Of a DNA stretch of 60,945 nt, positions 37,357 to 49,494 are shown one piece after another. The first letter of the stretch is position 1, and the number at the start of each line of letters is the position of its first letter. The stretch spans positions 1 through 60,945 of the forward strand of contig NIVC01004090.1 of the NCBI GenBank assembly GCA_002269645.1, in the 5' to 3' direction. Source of the DNA: Macrostomum lignano. Its lineage: Eukaryota. Both the position numbers and the translations under genes were made by a program. The notes beneath the pieces were generated by a model. The model did not search any database, was not told where the DNA came from, and saw only the letters and a program-made list of their open reading frames with translations.

Positions 37357-38617
37357 GTGAGTAAAAACGTATCTAAACTGAATAATGAACGATGAATACG
37401 ATGATTGATAAGCATTAAATACTACTGTCAGTAAGATAAAATGTGCATGCAGTAATTTTTTGTTTTCTTTCCAATGTCACAGACACCATCGCGACTATCA
37501 GCGGGAGAAGTGCCGCCAGCGGCGACAGCAAAGCCGAGCTCCCAATCCAGAAAGCGAGCGAGTACCGAGTATTCAGTTGGATTCTCAGCCTCGAAAGCGG
37601 AACAACCATCGCCCCCGTTCAGCAAAGTCAAAAACCAATTACCGCACTGACTGCTCTCTCGAATCTGATGACGAAACCGAATCAAGTGGATCAAACTGGT
37701 CCGAAGATCAGCGAGAGCTGGATGATGGACAATTTAAAATCTTCTAATTATGAGAGCACGTATTTTACGAGTAAATGCTGTCACAAAATGATTTTAAAAC
37801 TGACATTCTTTCAACACCTTTGTTGCCAACTATTTTTCGTTCTAATATTGTGTTTTAATATCAGTTCCATTTAACTTCGCTAAATAAATTCAAATTTCAT
37901 TAGATTTAAGTTTCTTATTCGATTTCATTCATAGACTCAAACTAATTTTCTAAAAAACTGCAAAAAATTCACAAAAGGCAAACTTCGTAAGCAAGTAGCA
38001 GCAAGGTTGTTTAAATTTATAATGGAAGAGACAATTGCTTAAAAAAATCAGATAGCTCTGAAAATTATTTGGAAATAAATTCAATTTTGAAACAACCAGA
38101 AAGCTAGCCTGCTGCCAGAGCAAAATATATCAGTAAAAGCCATGCATACTACTGTTAGTAGAGTAAACCAATTCTTGCCTTAATTTATTGGGCAGTCCAC
38201 CGGGCGCCGGGTATAAGGCCGGCGCCCCGACTGGACAAAGAGTGCGCCCCGCTACCGGCCACAGGCCACCGGGCGCCGCGGTCTGCGCACCCTTGGGCGT
38301 ACCAGAATTTCCCACTGGGATAGATTATAGATTATAGATCTATAGGAAAATTAGGATTATAGCAAAACTATAAAATAATGAATCCTAAGTCATTTGATAT
38401 AAAAGTTAGCATTGATAGTAAGAAGGTCAAATCAAATATTTAACTTTAAATGGCTAAGAAATGTCAATTGTGCAGAGTAATAATTTTTTGTATATTAGTT
38501 ATTATTATTCAAACAACAACTTAGCCTACTTGCTCTATTCTATAACAAATTATTATATTTTCATGCTCTTGGACTAAGATTTACCTTTTTTTACCTGGGA
38601 AAACTTGTGGAACAGAC

Positions 38618-38633
38618 ATGGTATGTGATAAAT
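38618..38633 (+). CDS. CRIPT: CRIPT exon 1 (16 nt)
   Basis: ATG GTA TGT GAT AAA T|GTAAGT. Confidence 0.88.
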
Positions 38634-41600
38634 GTAAGTTTAAACTAAAAAAACTCAGTATAATCTTTTAGATTTTTAGGTAGGCCTCTCAAATTGATGC
38701 AAGAACAAAGGTATTTTCTTGTGTTTTTTTAGGTGAGAAGAAACTTGGCAAGGTGGTCACCCCTGATGTTTGGAAGGCTGGAGCAAGAAATACTACTGGT
38801 AAGATTTCTTAAAACAGGTTTGATTTTTGTCAAAAGGTTATTGCTTTAAGCTTGGTGACACTTGTGTGTGCAAGCTAATTGCAACCAAATCTATCTAGAA
38901 TGTATTATAGTATGAGTTTTATTAAGCAAGGCTTAAAAAGTTTTATAAGAGGAAATGACTTTTATTTTGCCATTTGGTGTTAATTACTAGTTTTTAATTG
39001 TTAATGTTCATTGGGTGATGTGGAATGGCAAAACTATTTGCTGCTTCCAATTCCTAAAGGAAGAATTGTAAGGATGTAAAATTCACACTGTCATGTTAAA
39101 GGCCACTTATCATTTTAACTTCAGCTCGTGCTGATGATAAGCAGCAAGTTGGTTGAGGTCAGTGGGGGTGGACTATTCAGTGCTTTGTCTCGTGGTACTA
39201 TAGAGTTTAAAAAATTAGCACAGCAAAGGTCACCACTTTGGATTTTTTGGGAAAGAAAATTATCCCGAGACTTGCTGTGAATGTTTATAGCTATTTTTGT
39301 TTCTAAGAATGTTGAATCTTGTCCACTTGTGCACATTTATCCCTGTCAGGGATTCTCTATAAATAGGGGCTGGGTTTTCTAAGAATGTTGAATCTTGTCC
39401 GCTTGTGCACATTGATCCCTGTCAGGGATTCTCTATAAATAGGGGCTGGGTTTTCTAAGAATGTTGAATCTTGTCCGCTTGTGCACATTGATCCCTGTCA
39501 GGGATTCTCTATAAATAGGGGCTGGGTTTTCTAAGAATGTTGAATCTTGTCCGCTTGTGCACATTGATCCCTGTCAGGGATTCTCTATAAATAGGGGCTG
39601 GGTTTTCTAAGAATGTTGAATCTTGTCCGCTTGTGCACATTGATCCCTGTCAGGGATTCCCTATAAATAGGGGCTGGGTTTTCTAAGAATGTTGAATCTT
39701 GTCCACTTGTGCACATTGATCCCTGTCAGGGATTCCCTATAAATAGGGGCTGGGTTTTCTAAGAATGTTGAATCTTGTCCACTTGTGCACATTGATCCCT
39801 GTCAGGGATTCCCTATAAATAGGGGCTGGGTTTTCTAAGAATGTTGAATCTTGTCCACTTGTGCACATTGATCCCTGTCAGGGATTCCCTATAAATAGGG
39901 GCTGGGTTTTCTAAGAATGTTGAATCTTGTCCACTTGTGCACATTGATCCCTGTCAGGGATTCCCTATAAATAGGGGCTGGGTTTTCTAAGAATGTTGAA
40001 TCTTGTCCGCTTGTGCACATTGATCCCTGTCAGGGATTCCCTATAAATAGGGGCTGGGTTTTCTAAGAATGTTGAATCTTGTCCGCTTGTGCACATTGAT
40101 CCCTGTCAGGGATTCCCTATAAATAGGGGCTGGGTTTTCTAAGAATGCCAAATCTTATCCGCTTGTGCACATTGATCCCTGTCAGGGATTCCCTATAAAT
40201 AGGGGCTGGGTTTTCTAAGAATGCCAAATCTTATCCGCTTGTGCACATTGATCCCTGTCAGGGATTCCCTATAAATAGGGGCTGGGTTTTCTAAGAATGT
40301 TGAATCTTGTCCACTTGTGCACATTGATCCCTGTCAGGGATTCCCTATAAATAGGGGCTGGGTTTTCTAAGAATGCCGAATCTTATCCGCTTGTGCACAT
40401 TGATCCCTGTCAGGGATTCCCTATAAATAGGGGCTGGGTTTTCTAAGAATGCCAAATCTTATCCGCTTGTGCACATTGATCCCTGTCAGGGATTCCCTAT
40501 AAATAGGGGCTGGGTTTTCTAAGAATGTTGAATCTTGTCCACTTGTGCACATTGATCCCTGTCAGGGATTCTCTATAAATAGGGGCTGGGTTTTCTAAGA
40601 ATGCCGAATCTTGTCCGCTTGTGCACATTGATCCCTGTCAGGGATTCTCTATAAATAGGGGCTGGGTTTTCTAAGAATGCCGAATCTTGTCCGCTTGTGC
40701 ACATTGATCCCTGTCAGGGATTCCCTATAAATAGGGGCTGGGTTTTCTAAGAATGTTGAATCTTGTCCACTTGTGCACATTGATCCCTGTCAGGGATTCC
40801 CAATATTCTTAAATTAAATTAAATAGGGGCTGGGTTTTCTAAGAATGGCCGTGGCACACGCGTCGCGTTGAGCTGATTTCAAAGACCTGCTTGGCGCCCT
40901 GGTGTTAAATGGAGGCGCTTATTTCTTAACTCCACAGAGGGCGGCGGCCGCAAGGTGGACGAGAACAAGCTGCTCACAGGCCGGAGCAACCGGTTCAGCC
41001 CGTACACGACTTCGTTTAAGAAGTGCCGCATCTGCAAGTCGAACATTCACCAGGCGCACGCGCACTTCTGCACCGGCTGCGCCTACAAGAAAGGTAACTG
41101 CTGCTCATCTGGCCGTCCTGTCGGCGCCATGAGACACCGAGAAATTGCCTACTAATTAGTAGCAAGAAAACAATTTCTAATAATATGCAATGGTCAACTA
41201 TCCATGTGTGACATCCTAGCTCAGTGATGCAGGACAGGTGTAAATTAGATGGGGTAGGCCGAGCTCTAGACTGACCGTCATTCTTGGATCGTTTAAGCCT
41301 CAGAATCAGGCATCGAGGGTGTGGGTCTGAATTCCTAATATACTATAATCTCTAATATTTGTTCGTATGTTTGTCCATAATCAAGATACTAAAATTAAAG
41401 TTGATACGTCATGGCACACGCTATGACAAAAACCCTAGCAGTAATGCATCCTTAATTTATTTTAGCTTTCTGAGCATGGACTCAAGTAAGCCAAGTGTTG
41501 CAGAGGTGAACTTGGCACGGAGATGGGATTTAAATAGTAAACTAGACAACATACGAATAAATTAGCTGTATAATCTACCATTCTGTAGCACACAAACACA

Positions 41601-41753
41601 ATATGGCCATCCACAGATAGAATAATTGGGTTCAAAATGTCATTGGTTTATCAGTGCTGACTAGCCCGGCCCTTCCAACATCTTGCAGGCATTTGCGCCA
41701 TGTGCGGCGTGAAGCTGATCGACGTGAAGAATTACAAGCAGAGCTCGGCCTGA
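38618..41753 (+). CDS. CRIPT: Cysteine-rich PDZ-binding protein; 4 exons, 100 aa: join(38618-38633, 38733-38798, 40938-41093, 41689-41753)
   Basis: MVCDKCEKKLGKVVTPDVWKAGARNTTEGGGRKVDENKLLT...CRICKSNIHQAHAHFCTGCAYKKGICAMCGVKLIDVKNYKQSSA*; all GT-AG, phase 1. Confidence 0.95.
38733..38798 (+). CDS. CRIPT: CRIPT exon 2
   Basis: tttttag|; CEKKLGKVVTPDVWKAGARNTT|GTAAG. Confidence 0.93.
39297..40850. repeat. Minisatellite, 76 bp unit, ~20 copies (CRIPT intron 2)
   Basis: Period 76 (39349, 39425); contains palindromes ATCCCTG-T-CAGGGAT and CCCTAT-AA-ATAGGG. Confidence 0.95.
40938..41093 (+). CDS. CRIPT: CRIPT exon 3
   Basis: EGGGRKVDENKLL...CAYKK|GTAAC. Confidence 0.94.
41689..41753 (+). CDS. 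CRIPT: CRIPT exon 4
   Basis: GICAMCGVKLIDVKNYKQSSA*. Confidence 0.93.
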
Positions 41754-43227
41754 GGCTCCCGATTGTTGCGACCTCCGCACTGATTATGTACAGTTTATGG
41801 TTGCGTGTCTTATTCTTTTTCTATTTGTGAGATCTGTAATTATCTTATGTTAATCCAATTTTTACTTATTTTTCAACTGAACAGTCAAGCAAAGTTAAGC
41901 CATGCAAGTGCTCCTATCAATATAGAATCATGCACCACTCATCTGCAGTCTGTATATATAAATGCGCGCGGTTACCTAAATAAAAAACGTATTTAGTGTT
42001 TAAAGTAAACATTTTTCTGGACTTTGCCAGACTTCTGCATCACTTTAACTCGAGTCCAGCTGCTAACGCAGCAAGAATTCTGTGCCGCTGATCATCAGCT
42101 GTCCGCGTGAGCAATCTGGCTGCGGCCAGTTGCTGTGCCCGAGCTGGCCTGGCTGCTGGCTGAGCTGGGCAGCGGCACAGTCAATCTGCGTTGGCTTAGG
42201 TGGACTTGCTTGCCTTTGGCGCTCTTGCATACCGATACGCGTAAGTGATCTCTTTCAGCCTGAAGTTTCACTCTTGATTGCACGATGTGCAATGGGTTTG
42301 ATAAGTAGGCGACCCTAGTGGAGACCAGGATCGATAGGTATGGTAATCATTAATATACGCGAGACTAACCCGTTGAAACGTTACCGAGACAAGAATCGCT
42401 AGTCATTGCAAACAAACAAATCACTAGTGACTATAGCGACACTGGGTCGACTCTTGTGACTTTTTAAACAACTCACGTGACAGTCAAAAGAAGCGACTGT
42501 TGGGTCACGAGCGCATCGGGTTAGTAGTAGAATCGTACAATAGTCATGTTAACGCTAAACTTTCTACTAACTCAAAAGTAGACTGAATAGAGTTGTTCGA
42601 ATGCGAAATGGGATTCTGATTCATAAGTGATACAGGTGCGCTATAGATGACGCAACTTCACTACAGCGACTCGTACAAATACGCCTCTACGGCCCCACAG
42701 TCTACAGAAGCGCCCCGGAGTTACAATTGCGTTGCCCAGAGTTGCTTCAGAGTCGCAGACATGGAGAAAAGAAAGAACGGAGTGATAACCTAACCTAAGC
42801 CAGTTATTTTTGTCTCGCTCGATCTTCCTAGCTTTCCTTCCCCCGTTCTTTCCTATTGGTTCGTGACTGCCATAGACAAAGTTTTTTTTAGTCTCGTTTT
42901 CGTTCCCTCTGAAACTTCAAGAGTAGGAACTCATTGCCGCACGATGGTACCATAAAAAAGGCCCTGAGAGATCCAAAGACTGAGTTCTTTCTTCGCTTCT
43001 TAGCGGAGGTTTTGCAGCCGCTTCAGCGTTTTGAGCTTCTCTTCCAGCAAGAAAGCTCCCAGCTCCATCACCTACACAGTCAGATGCTATAGACTTGATG
43101 AAGCGCTGGCTGTTGCGATTCGTAGATTTGGCCAAGCTTTCCAAGTGGCATCCATGGAAAGTCAACTTGGATGATCCAGCTGTCTGGCTAGGGCCTGACT
43201 CTTAGTGACTCGGTCTATAGCATTGGG

Positions 43228-44213
43228 ATGGGTGAGCCAGCAAAGCGATTCTTTGTTGACATGAGTGCTGACGACCAGGAAGTGTGTCTTCAAGCAATGA
43301 AAAAATTCTTCCGATTTGGAACGGAAAAACTGAGGGACTACCTGCCCTTCAAGAGTAAGTTCCTCAAGGCCTGCAAAATGCTGGATCCTAAGGAGCAGGG
43401 TAATTCGTCGTATGTTAAGTGGGTTACAACCCTCGCGGCGGAAATGTCATTCGCTTTCGCTGACACGGAGATTGGCAGCCTGGAAGTTGAGGCGCGTCTA
43501 CACCAGACAGAGATTCCGGATTCGGAGTCGTCAAATGTCATCGAGTTTTGGGAGTCTGTATCCAAGGCTGGTAATCGTCCTCTACTCATCAGGCTTGTCA
43601 GAGCGCTTCTCGTTCTCCCACACGGGAACGCTGAAGTTGAGCGAGTCTTCAGTCTGGTTCGGGACACGGTTACTAAGAAGCGGACGAGTTTGGCGCCCTT
43701 CACCGTCAAGGCCTTAATTGTCACACTCGTTCCTGTTTGTCTGTAAAGAAATGGACTGCTGCGAATCTGCCTGTCACCTTAGCTCTCCGGAACATGTGCG
43801 CAAGTGCTCATTCGGCGTACTGACAGAGACTGAAGGATGAGGCGGCGGAAGCGGAGCGAGAGCGCCACGAAAAGCTAACGAAAGAGGACGTGCTCACCGA
43901 AGTGGAGGCGGAAAAGAAAGCTAGCAAGCAATTCAGCTCTTTGCAAACGGATGTTGCATCAAATGCAATGGAAATTGAGAAAAAAATTAAAGAAAAGAGT
44001 GCTGCGCTTTTGTTGCTTGAAGAAGCTCGGCGGAAAGCAGAGGTGCACGAAAATGAGCTTGAAGAGCTTCACAGGGCGCAGGATCGCATTCGGAAGAGGA
44101 AAGAAGAAGAGTCAAAGCGAATTACGCAATCAGTTTTAAAGAGGAAGACTGCTGAGCTGGCAGCTGCGGACGCCTCTGCCGGCATCTGTTGCGCAGAAAA
44201 AGTTTCGACGTGA
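43228..44213 (+). pseudogene. hAT transposase C-terminal fragment (hATC dimerisation domain plus coiled-coil tail), with a frameshift and a stop
   Basis: VIEFWESV...LLVLPHGNAEVERVFSLVRDTVTKKRTSL; frameshift near 43730 and TGA near 43820; N-terminal part absent. Confidence 0.75.
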
Positions 44214-44939
44214 CTGACTTTTGACCGATCCTTTGCGTTAATACAGACTGTGCTGGTAAGCAGCAGGACTCATTGACGGTTGACACTCTGCTTATTTAAG
44301 CTGTTTTTACCTAAGCACTTGAAAAGCGCTCATATATGCTGTTTCAATCAATGTTTCAAAAAGTTTCAATCCAATTTTTAAGTAATTAAAATCCACATTT
44401 TACTCCTAACCCAAACTTGCTTGATTGTGTTAAAGTCATAAGTTTCTTCCTCAACAAAACAGAATCTTTCTCAAACCAAACAGAATTGCCTTCAAACACA
44501 GGGAAACAGCTTAACATGCAATGTCATGAATTCAAGAGACATTTTACACGTATTTTACACGTATCCTATGTGCACTTTATTAAACTAGTGCCTCTGCTTA
44601 ATCATTCAGCCAATTTATTCGAGTTTCAAAAAATTTTAATAAATATTATTATTTGCCTTAGCAAACTATTCCATAACTAAAGAAACCTCGTTGAAGCAAA
44701 ATTGAGTTTTAAATCTTAACGCATTTTTTTGAAAAAAATTCTGCTGGTTCGTCAATTGTTGTTTTGGAATAAGGGATGCGACTAAACGCAAATTTTTTTT
44801 GGTTGACGCGCAAAAATTGGCACATAGTCGCCACGGCCACTGTCTGAAAGTTCCTAGCATAGTACGAGCTCACATCAAAATATGAATTCAGCCAATAGGA
44901 AGGAACGGGGGCCGGGGAAGGGATGCTACGAGGTAAAAG

Positions 44940-44964
44940 CATAGATCTTATATCTATGTCTATG
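44940..44964. mobile_element. 25-bp transposon-end relic (CATAGA...TCTATG) with 8-bp TSD GGTAAAAG, inside the right TIR of the hAT element
   Basis: GGTAAAAG at 44932-44939 and 44965-44972; absent from the left TIR. Confidence 0.7.
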
Positions 44965-45512
44965 GGTAAAAGCGAAGATCGAGCGAGACAAAAATAACTG
45001 GGCTCAGCTTAGCACTCCGTTCTTTCTTAATTTCATCCATGGTCGCAGACCATAAAACGCTTTGTACAGGCATTTCGTCGTTTTAATAGGCACTTTGAAA
45101 TGAGACACCACGATGAATTAAAGTTTTCGTCACGTAATATAAGCTATATATGCTCCGGTGAAGAATTTCTTGCTCAAAGATTTTGTTCTACGGGTAAATT
45201 GTTTTGTCTAAATCGTCTAAGGACTTTTGGCTTGGGTTTCATGCTCAGCGTGAAGGCAAATAGTTATTCACTCGGATTCAGGCGAGCATTCATAACACAA
45301 ATTGCCACTGCGTGGACTTAACCACCCAGAAAAATCCTGGCACCCTAATCAGTCCTTACAAGTGCAAGTCGTATAGCGTGCACTCGTCTCTGACATGTAG
45401 TACTGCACATGCGTGTACTTTATTGGGGCCTACTGTAGTTCTGGAATTTGAGAATTAACTTGGACTGAACTAACTTGACAATTCCTGAATTCTACAGCTA
45501 CCGAGCGCAGCA

Positions 45513-48381
45513 ATGCAACTAGCGACTATCTTGCTGGCTATTCTTCTAACAGCATCTGTTGTCAAGGAAACGCATTCATCCTTCGCGCCTAGATTCCCTC
45601 CCGATGTGGATTATTCTAGTGGGCCGGTTCTGCTTTCCGGCGATGGCAACGCCGAAACTGAGCTGGTCTGGGTGGCCGGGTCAGCTGACCGAGTGGCCTA
45701 CATTGACCGGTGCCAGTCGGTGGTCATCCGGGTGGTCCCGCAGCACTTGCCGCTGCCCATTAGCTACTACTGGCTGAGCAACCTGCTTGCGATTGAGTTC
45801 GAGTGCAAATTTCGGACCGCCCACAATTCGAGCATAATTACGAGTCTCATATCTCGAGAGTCATTTGACAACTCGACCCGAGAAGCTTATGCAAGCGTCA
45901 ATCTGTGCAGCGAGTTTGGTTCAATATTCATGCTACGAGTGGTCAAGCAGAACGCGTCAGATTTTAGCGTTGCATCCAACTGTTCTTTTCCTAGTAGCTT
46001 GGTAGGAACTTCACCTTTGAACGAGTCCCTCATAGTTTCCATAAGAGTGTCAGTTAACATTTCGAACTCGAGTAGTGAACTGGAGGTCTGCAGTGCCGAA
46101 AAACTCCATTCTGAATTCAAAAAGCCTGTTGCTCTTATATCTGAATGAAGTTGAAGAAGTTACTGACCTCATTGATAGGCCCATAATAACCAAGGCTTTC
46201 GTTAATCTGGTCGAGAATCTGGTGAACAAACCGGCAACTACAGACACGCATGGTTCACTGCGAAAAATTCCATTTTTAAAACTTCCAGTGATTAAATTAC
46301 TAAACAGACTGCCAATGTATTTAAGAGTGGTTCAGAGGGTCGGTATGATGTTGACCCACAGCAGAATCTTGCCAAACTGCCACCGCGAATAACTCCATCC
46401 ATATTGTCGACAAGACTGTTTCGATTAATAGTGTATCAGGCAGCGATATTTCGGATGATTTCAGTAGCACTTTGGCCTGCGGAGAAGCTGCATTTTTCTA
46501 CCTGGACCAGCAGACGGGTGAGCTGCACTTCTCCCCGATCGGATTTCAAGCCGCTCTGGCGCCCGTCTTACGAGATCAAGATGCTGCATCAAGTTTGAGG
46601 CTTTGTGAGATATTGCAGTTTGTAGGTCACGGAAACTTCATCAGCAAGCAGGCGGCTGTTCTGAGCTTGCGTTTGATTTCGCCTTTGTCGCAGCAAGGTT
46701 AAGACTACTGCATTAGTGTCGAGTCGAGTTCTTCACAAGAATTTCTCAATATCGAAAGCGCATCCTTTGGCTTGTCCGCTGGTGTGTTCGACGCCGCGCT
46801 CAGTTTGTTGCGTTCTCAGTGCGCATTTAAACGGTACGGACGTTTCAAAGTTAACCTGTCAGGCCGCAAACAACACCGGTTTAGCTTCGGCGCAGGTTAG
46901 AGCCTCACACCTTCCTTGGTTTTTGGCTGGTAACGTATCTCTGCCCTCCGTTGTTAATGCTTTAGAAGGCGAAAAGCTCTCCTACAGCTGCTCAGCAGTA
47001 ATTTCAACTTCGGCTGGTAAAACTGACGAAACTTCTAACTCTACTGGTGCTATGATAGTCTCTTCTATTCGTGTTCCGCGAAGCAGCAGTAGGAACTTGG
47101 AACTATCTAACCAGCTCCGGCGATCGGGAATTTCTGCTTTCACTTGGGACGACCAGCCCGTTGATGAGCCGCTGTTTGACGCCATTGAATTGGCGCGCAC
47201 TCGTCAGATGACTCCGCGTAGTGCCGTTGTCGAGACCCTGACCGTGACCGTGCCGCAGGTTCCGCCAGCCACCGACAGAGGCAACTTCACGCATCGCTTT
47301 GCCTGTCAGCTAGTCACTGACTCCGAGACAGCAAACAGGTGCGTCTGTGCAAAGTGCAAGCATTCAAGGGGAGTCTTATAACACGGTAGTCATATTTATT
47401 CCGCAGTGTTGTGGCTGTCGTAGCACATCAAAAGTAATAAAGTTCCCCATTTCGAAAAAACCAAAAAGGCTTTTCGGCATGCCAGAGGCCTTCAGATCTG
47501 AGGTCGGCACAGACGTAATCTACGTGCCACGGCCCACGGACGAGAGCTTCGAGACCAGTTTTGTGAATGAGACGACAGTCAAGTACGAGATTCACTCGTT
47601 GTTCGTTGCCTATCTCCGCGCTGTCGGCGCTCGCATTGTTGGAGGATTCCGACTTGGCATCGTCTGGCTGACCGACCAGCACCCACTGGTTACTCTGCGA
47701 TTTCTGACCGTAGAGTTTCAGGTCTGGCTCCGGCTTTTTCAAAGTGTTCCCCCTTTAGTGGCTGGGTGCAGTTTTGGATTGTGAATGAGGGGTTTTCGGC
47801 AATTTCAGTTTGGGTTGTTTCAGTCTATACTCAGCTACAGTTAGCTTCCCCCTCAACAGATGTTTCAAAAGCTCAAAGTTTAGTATGATCAAAAGATGGA
47901 ATTTTGCGAAATTTTGGACTCGGAGAAATCTCGAATTAACAAAAGTGACGAGAAGGAATTTTCCAAATTTCGAGCTTGTTTAAGCAGCCCATTTTCCGAC
48001 GTAACGTCTCAGTCTGGGAGTTCCCAGATCGGTATGGTGTGGGCGCCTGCAAAGTCAATGGGAGTTGCAAAGCTCTCGCCCCGTTGCTCATCACAGGAGT
48101 CGGCTGGCGCCCTGCTCCTGACCATCGACAGACAATGGCCCGCTGGCTACCCAAGGCTTCCTCGCCTGGAGCTGGCGGCTGTTTTCAGCTTTCGGTACCC
48201 CGACAGCCCCGCCTCGCTGCTGGGCGACTCTGCAGTTGAGCTCGACGGAAGAAATTCGTCAGAGCGGTGCCGCGCCGACCCCCGCTGCTTCTACAGCACC
48301 GATTTCGATCCGGAGCTGTTGAAGGTGCTTAATCTGGTCCTGGACGTGGAATCGCCGAGTCCCAATGAAGACAGAGCTTAA
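45513..48381 (+). CDS. Orphan secreted glycoprotein with Ig-like segments; tentative model join(45513-46001, 46054-46342, 46440-46625, 46717-47338, 47496-47721, 48013-48381), ~726 aa
   Basis: Signal peptide MQLATILLAILLTASVVKETHS; phase-consistent GT-AG model; LTCQAANNTG, LSYSCSA and DRGNFTHRFACQL resemble Ig folds; many N-x-S/T sequons. Exon choices not unique. Confidence 0.55.
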
Positions 48382-49494
48382 ATGAACCCGCAGGACTGTT
48401 GCGAAACTGTTCCGAAACAAAAAATCTCCCTTGACTCTTAAGTAATCACCAATTCACTGTTTTTTTACAAACTTCCGACCTTTTTCGATTTAGCCTACTA
48501 CTTGTAAGTAATCAGTAGTAATATCAGAATAAGCTTTATTTTAAAGTGTGGATATATTCGCCCACGCCAAAAGAGGTCCCAGTTTATAGTGTCCAAACAA
48601 TATTTGAATAAACAGTAAATAAAGAGATTTAGTATATTTATAGATTATTCAGTCCCGAGTTCGAATCCTGTGATCGGCATTGTATTTGTGCATCCTCTAA
48701 ATCCATAGTTAGTCCTAAATCGAATGATTTACGAGATGATAATAAAATTAGAAGTATTAATTTTATGGTGGGACTGAAACTATTCGAACTCAGGCTGGTT
48801 GTTCCTTTTCCTGTATTGGTTTTCTATTAATAAGTAGTGCGATCAGAGCCTGGGCAAGTCTTTGTTTCTTCAATATTCTTGCGTTAGCTGCGTACAATAT
48901 TCAATAGTTACATGTACAGAATTTAATGAAGAAAAAAGTCCTTATTAAAGGACGGAAAAGCATGTCCTTTAGCCGTGTAATTTAAGGTACAGCATAGTAT
49001 ATTGTTGTACATGTAATTTAGTTCAATAGTTTGATAGGCAAAAATGGATTCCTCTCGAGTCCCGATGATACGGTGGAAATGAATTTTTGCTTGTCAAAGG
49101 CCTTGTTCGGCTGCATTGTCGGCTGCTTTTAGGCTGTAAAACTTCTCAGCTTGCTATTCACATTGGTACGAGTACATTTACAGTTCTGGTAAAAAACTAG
49201 TGAACACGATGCATGCAGCTAGATATGCAAACAATTCAAAAACTGCGTTCGCGGCAGTTGGGCGGATTTGTTTAACAGCGCGGCAACTTCAGTGGCTCAT
49301 GGAAGTCTTGGGCATGTGACTAGCGCAAACCTGTGGGGCACCAAAGAGGACGGAGTTACACATGTAAGCATTTGCTCATTACCTGTTTTTCTTATTTTTG
49401 ACCCTACAAAGCTGAGCTACACGGCTTCCGTCAGAAGCGAGGCAAAAATCTTACCCCTTAAACGGCCATTCGATAGGGACACGATGGTTCACGC

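Larger units (their letters stand above)
29849..38319. mobile_element. CMC/EnSpm (CACTA-type) DNA transposon, 8471 bp, apparently complete
   Basis: Termini CCCAGTGG...CCACTGGG; 2-bp TSD AT within palindromic target CT-AT-AG; GC-rich subterminal motifs (GGCCGGCGCCCC, GGGCGTACC) at both ends; internal transposase and accessory gene. Confidence 0.85.
42760..45041 (+). mobile_element. Internally deleted hAT-superfamily element, 2282 bp, CATGG...CCATG termini, ~100-bp imperfect TIRs, 8-bp TSD GTCGCAGA
   Basis: TSD at 42752-42759 and 45042-45049; TIRs share AGAAAGAACGGAGTG, CCAGTTATTTTTGTCTCGCTCGATCTTC and CCTATTGG. Confidence 0.85.

Noticed and set aside
42082-42330. GC-rich patch with short ORFs on both strands downstream of CRIPT
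   Set aside because: No recognisable motif or consistent splice model.
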